A stretch of 64,000 bases of DNA, taken from contig CALVAO010000002.1 in NCBI GenBank assembly GCA_944325515.1, forward strand, positions 149,091-213,090, read 5' to 3'. The notes under the pieces were generated by a model. The model ran no database searches and had not been told where the DNA came from. It saw only the letters and a program-made list of their open reading frames with translations. The position numbers and the translations under genes are program-made. Below, piece by piece: positions 11,136 through 21,211 of the stretch; position 1 is the first letter of the stretch, and every line of letters begins with the position of its first letter. This DNA comes from Candidatus Gastranaerophilales bacterium (GTDB lineage Bacteria > Cyanobacteriota > Vampirovibrionia > Gastranaerophilales > Gastranaerophilaceae).

Positions 11136-11792
11136 ATGCGCCAATTGATTAAAATTTTATCTGCATTTTTCATATTAGGGATTATACAGCAGGGCTGTTT
11201 TTCCGCACCGCTAAAGGGCGGGCTTGAGTATCAGATTCCGATTGAATACAAAAATTTAAATCAAGAAGAACTGGAAACAAGGGCAAAATTATATTACGGT
11301 CTTGCACTTAAAGCCGGCGGCGTACTTAACGAAGAAATGAGTGCGGCACTAAATTTATACAACATATTAAACCGTAAAAATCCCGATAACATAATTTATC
11401 CGATACGACTCGGAATTCTTTATGATGCAGCAGGTCTGGACAAATACGCAAGAGGCTGTTTCTCTCAAGCCCTCGGTATTGATAAAAACAGCGCAGAAGC
11501 CTGCTTTTATTACGGAGAATTCTATTACAGAAGGAATTTATTCAAAAAAGCTTTAAAAATGTATCAACGGGCTTATAAAAACGGATACTCCAGACATTAC
11601 GACACCCTTTACAGAATTGGTGATATTTATGAAAAATTCGGTGACACAGAAGCTTCTTTAAAATATTTAAAACAAGCATCAGAACTAAATCCAAACAGTG
11701 AACTTGATAAGAAAATTATGAACGTTGAAAACGCAAATAAAATTAATCAAGAATACTATTCTGATACAAGAATAAGATTAATAGAAAAATGA
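11136..11792 (+). CDS. TPR-repeat protein with N-terminal signal peptide
   Basis: Hydrophobic N-terminus (ILSAFFILGIIQQGCFS) followed by repeated A..Y/F..A..P 34-residue patterns. An extended -10 box (cttgatataat) lies about 40 nt upstream. Confidence 0.6.
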   Translation: MRQLIKILSAFFILGIIQQGCFSAPLKGGLEYQIPIEYKNLNQEELETRAKLYYGLALKAGGVLNEEMSAALNLYNILNRKNPDNIIYPIRLGILYDAAGLDKYARGCFSQALGIDKNSAEACFYYGEFYYRRNLFKKALKMYQRAYKNGYSRHYDTLYRIGDIYEKFGDTEASLKYLKQASELNPNSELDKKIMNVENANKINQEYYSDTRIRLIEK

Positions 11793-12250
11793 AAAAATTA
11801 ATTATAATATTAACAACTTTATTCCTGCTTTTCTGCAGCATTTTCGGAAACTGTCATGCGTCCGAAAATTCACCGAAAGGTGTTCGCATCATGAAAAGCA
11901 GAATAGCCGGAGAAAACAGCAAATTTGAACTTCCCAATTATTTACACCTATATATAATAAGCTGCCAAAACCAGATTAAAAGGCAATGGCGTCCTATGGA
12001 TCTTGATAACAATACATATGTTTCAATTTCTTACACAATCGGCAGAAACGGAAGGGTGCGCTCAAGCAGAATTTTTCATGCGTCCAAGTTCAGTGAATTC
12101 GATAAATCAGCATTATATGCAATAAGAGCAAGTTCGCCTTTTCCGCCTCTTCCGCCGCAGTATGACAAAACAGAGTTGGAACTTATTACCACATTCAGAT
12201 ACCAGATATTGAGAAAACGCCCGAGCAATAACACTATGGTATTCTATTAA
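11789..12250 (+). CDS. TonB C-terminal-domain-like secreted protein
   Basis: Signal peptide, then ISYTIGRNGRVRSSRIFHASKFSEFDKSALYAIRASSPFPPLP, which resembles the TonB_C fold signature. Start overlaps the upstream stop by 4 nt. Confidence 0.45.
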   Translation: MKKLIIILTTLFLLFCSIFGNCHASENSPKGVRIMKSRIAGENSKFELPNYLHLYIISCQNQIKRQWRPMDLDNNTYVSISYTIGRNGRVRSSRIFHASKFSEFDKSALYAIRASSPFPPLPPQYDKTELELITTFRYQILRKRPSNNTMVFY

Positions 12251-12658
12251 ATACGCATTTGTAGCCGACAAAATATTTTGTCAATACGATTTTTGCAAAA
12301 AATAAACATTAACTTTTGTTAATACGAATTTATTTTAATAATCACGGGAAGCATGGTCAATTGTAAAATTTTTTACAAAATTCTTTACTTGATAAAAAGA
12401 TTCGAAAATTATACGATATACACATACTTGAAAGGAGTGATGGCTACGGGACTCGGGGGGAGTCAAAAATACAAAAAAGATAGAAAAATTTCAGAACATT
12501 TAAAACACAAATCAATTTATTTTTTACAATCAGACATTTACCCGATAATAAATCTTTTAGAGGAGAGATTTGAGGAAAACAAGATTTTTTGGGGTAGGAG
12601 ATTATTGGGTTAAAAAGGTTTTCTTTTATAGAGGACCTTTTTTTATTATGTTATAATT

Positions 12659-13783
12659 TTGTTTATGAAAAACGGGGATGAAAAAGAAGTAAAAAAAGTA
12701 ATCGGTCTTATGTCTGGAACATCCTGCGATTCTATTGACGCAGCATTTTGTGAAGTCTTTCCGGACATGTCCGTAAAACTTATCCACGGTATAAATTATA
12801 CTTATCCGGAAGAAATAAGAAACAAATTATTTTCTGCTTTTTGCGGAAAAATATCAGTGCAGGAACTCTGCAAGCTTAATTTTGCGGTTGGCAAATGTTT
12901 TGCAAATGCCGCCAATCTTCTGATTGAAGAATTCGGCAGACCGGATTTTATATCAAGCCACGGACAGACAATTTACCACTTTCCGCAAGAAGAAAAGTTT
13001 GGGAATATCTCACTCAAAAGCACCTTACAGATAGGAGAAAGCTCTGTCATTTCGCATGAAACAGGCTGTCTGACTATTTCTAACTTCCGCGAAAGTGACA
13101 TTGCTGCCGGAGGACAAGGAGCGCCGCTCGTTTGTTTTGCCGACGAAAAATGGTTTAAAAATTCTCTTGTTCAAAATATTGGAGGAATTTCAAACGTTAC
13201 GGTTATTTCTGATGAATGTGATACTTTTGGTTTTGATACCGGCTGCGGCAATATTATGATTGATTACTGCGTCCAAAAGTTTTACGGCAAAAAGTTTGAT
13301 AAAGACGGGGAAATTGCAGCATCCGGAAATATTTGTGAAAGCCTGCTTGACTGCCTTTTGCAGGATGAATATTATTATCTTTCCCCTCCCAAAACTACAG
13401 GACGTGAATATTTTTCAGAACAATATATTCAAAATATTTTAAAAATTGCTCCATTAGAACCGCAGGATATTATTGCAACATTAACCGCATTAACCGCCAG
13501 AACAATCGCGCAGGCGTATGAAAGATTTATACCTTTTCGGTATGATACAGTCATTGTCGGAGGGGGCGGTGCGTATAATAAAACTATGATGAAATTTTTG
13601 AAAAATTATCTTCCTAAACATGTCATGCTTAAGACACATGAAGATTACGGAATCTCAAATAATTTCAAAGAGGCAATGGCGTTTGCACTTTTAGGCTACT
13701 GCACATATTATCAAATTCCTAACAACCTTCCGTCCTGTACCGGCGCAAAAAAACGCACTGTCATGGGCAAAATCACATATTAA
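12659..13783 (+). CDS. anmK: anhydro-N-acetylmuramic acid kinase
   Basis: N-terminal GLMSGTSCDSIDAA motif and an ASKHA-type fold pattern. The ATG at 12665 is the likelier start (the track start at 12659 is TTG). Confidence 0.8.
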   Translation: MFMKNGDEKEVKKVIGLMSGTSCDSIDAAFCEVFPDMSVKLIHGINYTYPEEIRNKLFSAFCGKISVQELCKLNFAVGKCFANAANLLIEEFGRPDFISSHGQTIYHFPQEEKFGNISLKSTLQIGESSVISHETGCLTISNFRESDIAAGGQGAPLVCFADEKWFKNSLVQNIGGISNVTVISDECDTFGFDTGCGNIMIDYCVQKFYGKKFDKDGEIAASGNICESLLDCLLQDEYYYLSPPKTTGREYFSEQYIQNILKIAPLEPQDIIATLTALTARTIAQAYERFIPFRYDTVIVGGGGAYNKTMMKFLKNYLPKHVMLKTHEDYGISNNFKEAMAFALLGYCTYYQIPNNLPSCTGAKKRTVMGKITY

Positions 13784-14559
13784 TTTTCTATAAGTATATT
13801 CATAAATTCTATATCATCATAATCAATATATGCTGTCTGCATTAAGTTTCTGCCGGTTTTAATTGTAATTTCATTAACTTGATTTTTTCTCAAAAGATTT
13901 TTAGGAATTCTTATCCTCTGCCCGTCGCCATTCAACTGAATTTCTGAAATTTTATTTCCGTTAAAATAAACTTCCGGCGGCGAAGCAAAAGCATTAGGGA
14001 TTCTATTTTGCCCCATAGAACGAGCCATAGCAGTATCAATACCGATAATTGAACCGATTATCATATAAACCGGTTTTGTTATATCTATATTTTTTAATGT
14101 AAATCTTTTTGTATAAAATGGACCTATTGCCTGCATCGAAAATTCTCCCGCATTTGCAGACAGCTCTGAAAAACTGTTATCGCCAAGGTGATACATATTT
14201 GTATCCAGTGCTTGACCGGAGGCGTTTGATTTTTCTATACCAACTACAATAGGTGCATTCATTGTTTTTTCATCTATCGTCATAGTAAAAGGCTTATAAT
14301 TTTCTTTTTTTACCGACATAATGCTCGGACCATTTATTTGCGTATCAAGTTCAAAAAAGCCATTGTTATCTGTTCTGGTTCTGTAATTTTGCTTTGGCAG
14401 AGTGACATCCGCGCCGCCGATACCCAATCCTGTCTGCTTATCTATAATACGGCTTGAGTTGCCTGCACCCTGCTCCGAGACTTTGCCTTGAATTGTTTCT
14501 GCCTGCAAAGGCAAAAATGTCAGAGTCATTAAAATAATAAAACTAAAAATTTTTTTCAT
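13780..14559 (-). CDS. secreted protein with carboxypeptidase-regulatory-like (CarboxypepD_reg) domain
   Basis: The internal ATG at 14559 gives a signal peptide (MKKIFSFIILMTLTFLPLQA). It is followed by GKV..GLGIGGADVTL..RTRTDNNGFFEL, typical of the CarboxypepD_reg beta-sandwich. Confidence 0.55.
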   Translation of the reverse strand: MKKIFSFIILMTLTFLPLQAETIQGKVSEQGAGNSSRIIDKQTGLGIGGADVTLPKQNYRTRTDNNGFFELDTQINGPSIMSVKKENYKPFTMTIDEKTMNAPIVVGIEKSNASGQALDTNMYHLGDNSFSELSANAGEFSMQAIGPFYTKRFTLKNIDITKPVYMIIGSIIGIDTAMARSMGQNRIPNAFASPPEVYFNGNKISEIQLNGDGQRIRIPKNLLRKNQVNEITIKTGRNLMQTAYIDYDDIEFMNILIEN

Positions 14560-14706
14560 AAAAATATTATTTACTCTCATAAAAATATACATACTAGTCT
14601 TATGTATATTCTTTAAGGTTAATTTTTTAAAAGTAAAGAGCAAAATTAATATAAATTATGCCGCCCTGTATATTAATCTGTCTATACACAGCCGTCCTAA
14701 ATTTTC

Positions 14707-15774
14707 TTACAGCTTAACCTCTAATTCGCAGCACATCTGGCATGCTCCAAAAGTTCCGCCGGATGCCTTTAAATTCTTGCGGAAACAACAGTAATTCGGT
14801 GCATTAAATAATTCTTTTAAACTCTTATCCTTAATATTACCTATTTTCTGAGAAAGACAGGGATAAACAAAACCTTCCGGATTTATCATCATATTATTGT
14901 AAGGATAAGTGCAGGGCTTATATATTTCAGAGGTCAAAGTATCCGCAGGAATTTGAAAAAACTTTTCTATTGCTTCAACAGGATTTTTGGAATATTCAAA
15001 CTTAGGGGAAAATCTTAGTTTTGTTTTTCCATTCATACTAATAATTTGTTTATAAACCTCTTTAAAATGCTGCATATCAAAATACAATTCTATAGGGTAG
15101 TTTTGATTAAATTCCGGAATAAAATTTTCTTGAAGTATTGAGTTCTGCTTCCAGTGATTATTCCTTAAAAATGAAACAGACAAAAATTCAAACCCCATAC
15201 TTTCACAGAGTTGATAAAGTTTTGGCAAATCATCAAGATTATTTTCAAGAACTATTGTCTTAATATCAACCATTTGTTTTTTCTTTTTCGCTTTCAAATT
15301 CTCAAGATTGAAAATAATTTTATCAAAAATTCCGTCTTTGCCTCTGTTTCTATCGTGATTTGCCCCATATCCGTCCAGCGAAACAGATAAAAGAAGAAGC
15401 TTATATTTTATAAAAGCATTGATAATTTCATCCGTAATTAAAATCCCGTTTGAAACAACGTGGACTTTATTCATAATCTTTTTTGAAGTATATGCCAGAA
15501 TATCAATAAAATCTTTTCTCACAAGCGGCTCACCGCCGACAAGCGTTGCAATAGAATAAAAAGGAAGTTGATCTATAACGGATTTCCATTCCTCTGTTGT
15601 TAATTCATTCTTTTTTCTTTCCACGCCAACATAACAATAAGGGCAGTTCAGATTACACCGATATGTCAGTTCAAGAAAATACCTGAACGGTATTTTTGCC
15701 CTTCCGTATTTATCATTATAAGAAAGTGATGTATAAAAATTCCTCGCGAAATCAAAAAGAGTCGAATAATTCAT
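14707..15774 (-). CDS. radical SAM enzyme with C-terminal SPASM-like Cys-rich domain
   Basis: CNLNCPYCY (CxxxCxxC) near the N-terminus. The C-terminal region is Cys-rich (CTYP...YPC...CCFRKN...GACQMCC). Confidence 0.75.
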   Translation of the reverse strand: MNYSTLFDFARNFYTSLSYNDKYGRAKIPFRYFLELTYRCNLNCPYCYVGVERKKNELTTEEWKSVIDQLPFYSIATLVGGEPLVRKDFIDILAYTSKKIMNKVHVVSNGILITDEIINAFIKYKLLLLSVSLDGYGANHDRNRGKDGIFDKIIFNLENLKAKKKKQMVDIKTIVLENNLDDLPKLYQLCESMGFEFLSVSFLRNNHWKQNSILQENFIPEFNQNYPIELYFDMQHFKEVYKQIISMNGKTKLRFSPKFEYSKNPVEAIEKFFQIPADTLTSEIYKPCTYPYNNMMINPEGFVYPCLSQKIGNIKDKSLKELFNAPNYCCFRKNLKASGGTFGACQMCCELEVKL

Positions 15775-15797
15775 AATAAAGTTATAACATAAAGAAA

Positions 15798-15817
15798 CCT
15801 CTCTTAAAAAAGAGAGG
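15798..15817 (-). terminator. intrinsic terminator downstream of deoC
   Basis: Hairpin cctctctt-aaaa-aagagagg, followed on the minus strand by a T-rich run. Confidence 0.5.
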
Positions 15818-15908
15818 AAAGTTTGAGCGATGAGGATTCTTTATTATATTAAAAGCAAATCCTCATTATTTCATTAAACTTTAGCGGGGGGTAAATATAA
15901 TTATGTTT

Positions 15909-16568
15909 TTATACACATGTAACAATATTTACTCCGGAACTTGTTCCAAGCCTTGAAGCACCTGCATCTATCATTTTTTCAGCAGTTTTTCTGTCCCTTA
16001 TACCGCCGGAAGCTTTAACCTTTAGACCTGCATCTTTTACTGTTTCATACATCAGTTTAACATCTTCGGCTTTTGCACCGACTCCGTTTTTAACAAAACC
16101 GGTAGAAGTTTTTACAAAATCCGCCCCGCCTTTTATACATAATTCACAGGCAGTTTTGATTTCTTCTTTAGTTAACAAATCCGTTTCCAGTATAACTTTT
16201 AAATTACGCCCCTGGCATGCCGTTTTTATTTTAGAAATCTCATCTGTAATATATTCATACTCACCGTCTTTCAGCTTCCCGTCATTAATAACCATATCTA
16301 TTTCATCCGCACCATTTTTTACGGCATCCACAGTTTCAAGAATTTTTACTTCCGTAGTATTCTGACCGAGAGGGAAACCGATGACAGTAACCACTTTAAC
16401 ATTACTTCCGCCGTTTTCGTTTAAATATTGTCTTGCAAATTTTACATTACAGGGATTAACGCAAACTCCAAAAAACTTATTTTCAATTGCTTCATCAAGA
16501 AGTTTTTTTATTTCTTCTCTTGAGGCATCCTGTTTCAATAATGTATGTTCAATATATTTATTCATCAA
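15909..16568 (-). CDS. deoC: deoxyribose-phosphate aldolase
   Basis: 219 aa with the DeoC pattern IEHTLLK, VCV.P, a DMVIN segment and the active-site region FVKTSTGF. Confidence 0.88.
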   Translation of the reverse strand: MMNKYIEHTLLKQDASREEIKKLLDEAIENKFFGVCVNPCNVKFARQYLNENGGSNVKVVTVIGFPLGQNTTEVKILETVDAVKNGADEIDMVINDGKLKDGEYEYITDEISKIKTACQGRNLKVILETDLLTKEEIKTACELCIKGGADFVKTSTGFVKNGVGAKAEDVKLMYETVKDAGLKVKASGGIRDRKTAEKMIDAGASRLGTSSGVNIVTCV

Positions 16569-17408
16569 CTACCTCCCCCAAAAAAATAATGCTGTACCAA
16601 TTCCTACGATTAAGCAATAATAGCCGAATATTCCTAAAGAAAATTTTGAAACAAATTTCAAAAAATATTTAATACATACATACCCGACAATTCCGGAAAC
16701 AATTGTACCTGCAATAATTGCCGTCCAATTATAAGTTATTATTTCGTGAAAATCAATTTTCACTAACGGATAAACCATTGAAGCGCCGAGTATTATCGGG
16801 ATACTCAATAAGAATGAATATCTTGCTGCAACAGTTCTGTCCATACCGTTCAAAAGTCCAGCTGAAATAGTTAAACCGGAGCGGGAAAATCCCGGAAGAG
16901 CCGCCAGCCCCTGTGCAATTGCTATTATAACAGCACTTTTTATTGATATATCCTTTTTTTCACCCATTCTTTTCGACATATATTCGCTGAACAAAAGCAA
17001 AACGCCAGTACCAATAAGCAGCATACCTACAATTGACGGCTGAAACACAAGCCCTCCTGCTACTTCATTCAATGGATAAGCGATTAATACAGTTATTACC
17101 GTACCGAGAATTATATAAACTCCAAGTTTAAAATCTCTTGAAGAATAATCTTTATTTTTTAATCCGAAATAGAGAGCTTTGATAATCTCAAGAATTTCTT
17201 TTCTGAAATAAATTAAAACTGCAATCAATGTGCCGAGATGCAGCATAATATCAAGAAAAATCTCTTGATTAGACTCTTGCACAATTTCAATACCTTTAAA
17301 CACTTTATAAAAATTTGAAGTAAAAACCAGATGAGCAGAACTTGAAATTGGCAAGAATTCGCTCAACCCCTGTACTATACCCATTAATATTGATTGTATT
17401 AAATCCAA
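16569..17408 (-). CDS. uppP: undecaprenyl-diphosphate phosphatase
   Basis: BacA/UppP motifs GLSEFLPISSSAHL and PGFSRSG in a polytopic 279-aa protein. Confidence 0.88.
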   Translation of the reverse strand: MDLIQSILMGIVQGLSEFLPISSSAHLVFTSNFYKVFKGIEIVQESNQEIFLDIMLHLGTLIAVLIYFRKEILEIIKALYFGLKNKDYSSRDFKLGVYIILGTVITVLIAYPLNEVAGGLVFQPSIVGMLLIGTGVLLLFSEYMSKRMGEKKDISIKSAVIIAIAQGLAALPGFSRSGLTISAGLLNGMDRTVAARYSFLLSIPIILGASMVYPLVKIDFHEIITYNWTAIIAGTIVSGIVGYVCIKYFLKFVSKFSLGIFGYYCLIVGIGTALFFWGR

Positions 17409-17480
17409 ATTTCCCCCTCTTCTTCAGCTAGATGCTATTTAAATCATCTGTATTTATAATTTGTTTGTTATATTTTTCTG

Positions 17481-17843
17481 CTAATCTTCTTCAAAATAAC
17501 TGGCACAGGATGAAGCGGTTTCCCAGACAGAAATCTTTGATACAAGAACAATTTTTTCCTTCAGCTTCTCATAGATAAATTTTGCAATAATTTCGCTTGA
17601 CGGGCTTTCACCCTCAAAATACGGAAGTTCATTCAAATCTTTATGGTCAAGCAAATCCAGAACAGCTTTCATTTCACGCTTAAGAACCTTATAATCTACA
17701 AGAATATTGCTCTTATCCAGACTTTCACCTTTAACAAAAGCTTCTACCAGCCAATTATGACCGTGCTGGTTTTCACACTCCCCCTCATAATTAAGCAGGT
17801 GATGTGCTGCCGAAAAATACATTTGTGCTTTTAATTCAAACAT
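17481..17843 (-). CDS. queD: 6-carboxy-5,6,7,8-tetrahydropterin synthase
   Basis: PTPS/QueD pattern FSAAHHL ... CENQHGHNW. The start at 17843 (MFELKA) is preferred because a gggag RBS precedes it; the track ORF begins at 17870. Confidence 0.8.
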   Translation of the reverse strand: MFELKAQMYFSAAHHLLNYEGECENQHGHNWLVEAFVKGESLDKSNILVDYKVLKREMKAVLDLLDHKDLNELPYFEGESPSSEIIAKFIYEKLKEKIVLVSKISVWETASSCASYFEED

Positions 17844-17946
17844 TTTTTCTCCCTTACTGTCAGAATACATTCTGTCTTACTGATAAACAGCAATGCTATT
17901 ATCGCATATTTACGGCAGGCATAAATAAGTTCCCGAAAGTTCTCAC

Positions 17947-18810
17947 TTATCCGCAAACCTCTGCCAGACGACTCATGATTTTTTCTGTAATAACTTTGAT
18001 ATAGTCCTTATCAACCATACCATTAATTATGCAGTCAGATATTTCATAAGTCGGTCTTATATACTGCTGTGCCGTTTCGTTTACGTTCTTAAACTGCAAA
18101 TCTGCAGCTTCGCCGGTTTTGCCGCGCGATACCGCACGTTTATACCAGCGTTCTTTAATAACATCAATCGGAGTAAAAACATAAACTTTTACATCCATTA
18201 TATCCCGCACTTCTTTGTTTAATACATACAAACCTTCCGTAAGTATAACCTTTGCGGGCTTTTTCACTTCTCCATCAGGATCCGATACGCAGGTTACAAA
18301 ATCATACTTCGGAGAAACAACTGTTTTTCCCTGTTTCAGACCAAGCAAGTGTTCACGCATCAACTGCAAATCTATGACATCCGGAGTATCAAAACTAAAA
18401 CCGGTTTTGAATAATGCATCATAGCTTCCGGCTTCAATAAGTTCTTTTGAAGTATCTTTATAATAATCATCTTGACGTATTACAGTATAAATACCTTCTT
18501 TTTTATCTCTTACTACTGCTTCAATCGTATTATCAACAAACACCGTTTTACCGGAAGCACTTTCGCCTGTTATACCTATGAGAAACGTTTTTTTCTTCTC
18601 TTGAACCACTTTTCGCGCTATATTCATTATAAAATCATCTGCAACTTTTAAGAACAAAGGCTGCTCTTCTTTTTTATCTTCCTCAAGAATCTCTTTAAGA
18701 GTATCCACGATATTAGAAATAAGTTCCATATCCAAACGGCTTGAATAAAAATTATAATTTGTAAGTTCAAAAGTTTCAACCATAAAATCCGTCCTTTTAT
18801 GCCGCAGCAC
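17947..18810 (-). CDS. uridine kinase / phosphoribulokinase-family P-loop kinase
   Basis: P-loop IGITGESASGKT after an ~80-aa N-terminal extension. The rest has a PRK/Udk-like layout. Confidence 0.6.
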   Translation of the reverse strand: MLRHKRTDFMVETFELTNYNFYSSRLDMELISNIVDTLKEILEEDKKEEQPLFLKVADDFIMNIARKVVQEKKKTFLIGITGESASGKTVFVDNTIEAVVRDKKEGIYTVIRQDDYYKDTSKELIEAGSYDALFKTGFSFDTPDVIDLQLMREHLLGLKQGKTVVSPKYDFVTCVSDPDGEVKKPAKVILTEGLYVLNKEVRDIMDVKVYVFTPIDVIKERWYKRAVSRGKTGEAADLQFKNVNETAQQYIRPTYEISDCIINGMVDKDYIKVITEKIMSRLAEVCG

Positions 18811-19076
18811 CCGCTTAAACCGGTATTATCTCTTATGGATATTACACTGGGCATGCCGGATGCAATGCTTTATTATAATATTATATGGTAAATACTAAAA
18901 AAATGCTCGTTTTTTAAAAAGTATTGTAAAAAAAATTTACTTTTGCCGGCAGAATGACCTCACCGGTAGATCTCATAAATATATGTATTAATAATTGTAT
19001 TTTAGACGGTTAAAATCTGCATACCGATTGACATACACACTTTTTTGTGTTATCCTTTATTCAAAAGGAGAATTAT

Positions 19077-19385
19077 ATGAGAATTAACAGTGTGGGTATT
19101 AATTATTCTGCTCAGAATAATCTTAAAGTTAAGCATGCAAAAAAACAACAGCTTGCAAACATTACTCAAGAGCCGTCTTTAGGCAGTGAACAACCAAATT
19201 TCAAAGGAAATGCAGGAAAAATCATCGGAGGTCTGCTGGGTTTAGCTGCAATAGCAGTTATTTGTCCGGCAGCAGTTGCAATCGGACTTGGCGGTATTGG
19301 AGCAGGAACAGGCGCACTCATTGGTGCAGCAGTTGATGAAAAGCTGGAAGAAGAAGAAAACGACAAAAAAAATCCGAAACCTTAA
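19077..19385 (+). CDS. small Gly/Ala-rich (glycine-zipper-like) membrane protein
   Basis: aaggag RBS 7 nt before the ATG at 19077. TM segment GGLLGLAAIAVICPAAVAIGLGGIGAGTGALIGAA with an acidic C-terminal tail. A TTGACA-17-TATCCT promoter-like pair lies upstream. Confidence 0.6.
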   Translation: MRINSVGINYSAQNNLKVKHAKKQQLANITQEPSLGSEQPNFKGNAGKIIGGLLGLAAIAVICPAAVAIGLGGIGAGTGALIGAAVDEKLEEEENDKKNPKP

Positions 19386-19512
19386 TAAAATTAATAAACA
19401 CAAGACCTTTTTAGTGTAAAGTTAAAACCTGCAGACGATACAAAGTCTGTTTTTAGTTGTGCTAAAATATATAAATATTACAATTAATTTTAAATTTAGT
19501 TAGAAGGTAATT

Positions 19513-20337
19513 ATGAAAAAGATTTTATTATTATTCATGGCAGTTTTTTTGACTGCAGGTTTTGTATCCGCTTCAGAAAACGAAAAATTTTCGCAGGATT
19601 ATCTCAAAAATCATAAACATTTTGCAATTATGAATCCTTTTGTGGAAAGCATTGCCGAACACAGTATCAAACGTTCTCTGAAAAAGGATACAGGTGCTGA
19701 CTTTAAAGTCAAATTTGAAGGGTACACTCTTGCAAGCATGAAAAAGGGAATATTTAAACACCTTGAAATCACCGGAGAAGATGTTTCTGTAGAAGGAATC
19801 GTTCTTCCTTATGTTAATCTAAAAACCTTAACTGATTATAATTATATTGACTACACCAAAGATCCGGTTGAATATAAATCCGATATGACATACGCGTATG
19901 AAATATACTTATCGGAAGAAAGCATGAATACAGCCTTAAAGCATGCTGACTATGAAAAAGTTTTAAATACAATTAATAATATTGCATACCCTATGTTTCA
20001 AGTTAAAGGGGTAAGCACAAAAATCCGTAACAATAGAATTTATATTCTTACCGAATACAATTTTCCTATAGCGCCGGCTTCGCGCAACAGAGTTTTTGTA
20101 GCATCTTCTGATTTCAAGGTGGAAAAAGAAAAGATAAATGCTGTAAATGTAAAAGTTGACAGTGTATACGGGAGCCTGTCGCTTTCTAAAGTCGCCAATC
20201 TTTTAAACCTTCTAAATCCGCTTGAATTTACTCTTGATTTGCTTGAAACTAAAAAATGTGATGCAATTGTTGAGAATGTAAATATTGTTGACAATAAAGT
20301 AAAAATTAATGGTAAAATATATGTAAAAGGAGATTAA
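19513..20337 (+). CDS. secreted hypothetical protein (possibly DUF2993/LmeA-like)
   Basis: Clear signal peptide MKKILLLFMAVFLTAGFVSA. The family assignment is only a weak pattern resemblance. Confidence 0.5.
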   Translation: MKKILLLFMAVFLTAGFVSASENEKFSQDYLKNHKHFAIMNPFVESIAEHSIKRSLKKDTGADFKVKFEGYTLASMKKGIFKHLEITGEDVSVEGIVLPYVNLKTLTDYNYIDYTKDPVEYKSDMTYAYEIYLSEESMNTALKHADYEKVLNTINNIAYPMFQVKGVSTKIRNNRIYILTEYNFPIAPASRNRVFVASSDFKVEKEKINAVNVKVDSVYGSLSLSKVANLLNLLNPLEFTLDLLETKKCDAIVENVNIVDNKVKINGKIYVKGD

Positions 20338-20340
20338 ACC

Positions 20341-20943
20341 ATGAATTTTTCTCAAAAGCTGGGTTTGTTCATTCTTATTGTAATATCAGTTGCATATGTT
20401 TATTTTTCATTTTTCAAAGCGGAAGGTTTTCATTTTAATCCGGTAAAAAATACTCTGCCGGAAGAACTTGAAACATTACCGGAAGAACTTGAGAATCAAA
20501 ATACGGACATGCCGGAAAAAGAACATGTTTATAAAACCGTAAAAGTTTATGTTTCTGATTCAAACGGAAAACTGCGTCCGGTAAACAGACAATGTGATAC
20601 AGCATTAGAAAAATCCTGCTTTGAATATGCAATCAAAGAGCTTATCACAGCTCCTACAAAATGGGAAAAATCTAAAGGTTTTACTTCCGAAATTCCGCCC
20701 GCAACAAAAATACTTTCAATCAGAGAAGGCTCTCAAAGTATTATGGTAGACTTATCCTCTGCATTTGAAGGCGGCGGAGGTACAGAAAGTACTTATACCC
20801 GCGTACGCCAGCTTATCAAAACCGCAAAAGCAAATACAAACCTTCCGGTTTATCTTTACATAAACGGCAGACAGGCTGATGTAATCGGCGGAGAAGGTAT
20901 AATGATTAAACAGCCTCTTAGCGAAAGGTCGTTAGATGACTAA
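20341..20943 (+). CDS. GerMN-domain protein
   Basis: N-terminal TM helix and a duplicated LPEELE motif. Then VKVYVSD...LRPV...A.KELI..P...GFTSEIP..TKILS......I.VDLS, typical of GerMN. Confidence 0.65.
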   Translation: MNFSQKLGLFILIVISVAYVYFSFFKAEGFHFNPVKNTLPEELETLPEELENQNTDMPEKEHVYKTVKVYVSDSNGKLRPVNRQCDTALEKSCFEYAIKELITAPTKWEKSKGFTSEIPPATKILSIREGSQSIMVDLSSAFEGGGGTESTYTRVRQLIKTAKANTNLPVYLYINGRQADVIGGEGIMIKQPLSERSLDD

Positions 20944-21211
20944 AGAAAAAGATTTGGATTATTATTTAAATCTTAATTGGACACTTATTGAAGGTACGGA
21001 TTTGGATTTCAACGGCAATCCCTATCATTATATTGAAATCAAAGAAATTCCGAGCTTTACATTTTGTGCCAAAACCCGTGAAAAAGCACTGGAAAATTAT
21101 AAAAAACAACTGCGCCTTTCTTTAATGCTTATGCTGGAGGACGGCGACCATATTGTAGAACCGGGCGAAGAAACTGAAGAGGATATAGATTGGGAAAGTA
21201 TATGTCCATAG
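20936..21211 (+). CDS. HicB-like (UPF0150) small protein, no HicA partner seen
   Basis: The YYLNL....IE......Y...I.E.P......T.E.AL.N......L.LEDG..I.EP pattern matches HicB-family antitoxin-fold proteins. Confidence 0.45.
   Translation: MTKEKDLDYYLNLNWTLIEGTDLDFNGNPYHYIEIKEIPSFTFCAKTREKALENYKKQLRLSLMLMLEDGDHIVEPGEETEEDIDWESICP

Noticed and set aside
12353-12613. 86-aa ORF in the anmK upstream region
   Set aside because: It has odd composition and no credible RBS (AGGAG lies only 2 nt from the internal ATG). The region looks non-coding.
17844-17946. preQ1 riboswitch upstream of queD
   Set aside because: The ~100-nt leader shows no preQ1-I/II core (no short stem followed by a CCC...AAAAAACUA-type tail). 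queD may be co-transcribed with the upstream kinase-like gene.
20936-21211. Complete HicAB toxin-antitoxin module
   Set aside because: Only a HicB-like fold protein is recognisable. The neighbours are a GerMN protein and rimI, and no small HicA-like dsRBD ORF is present.
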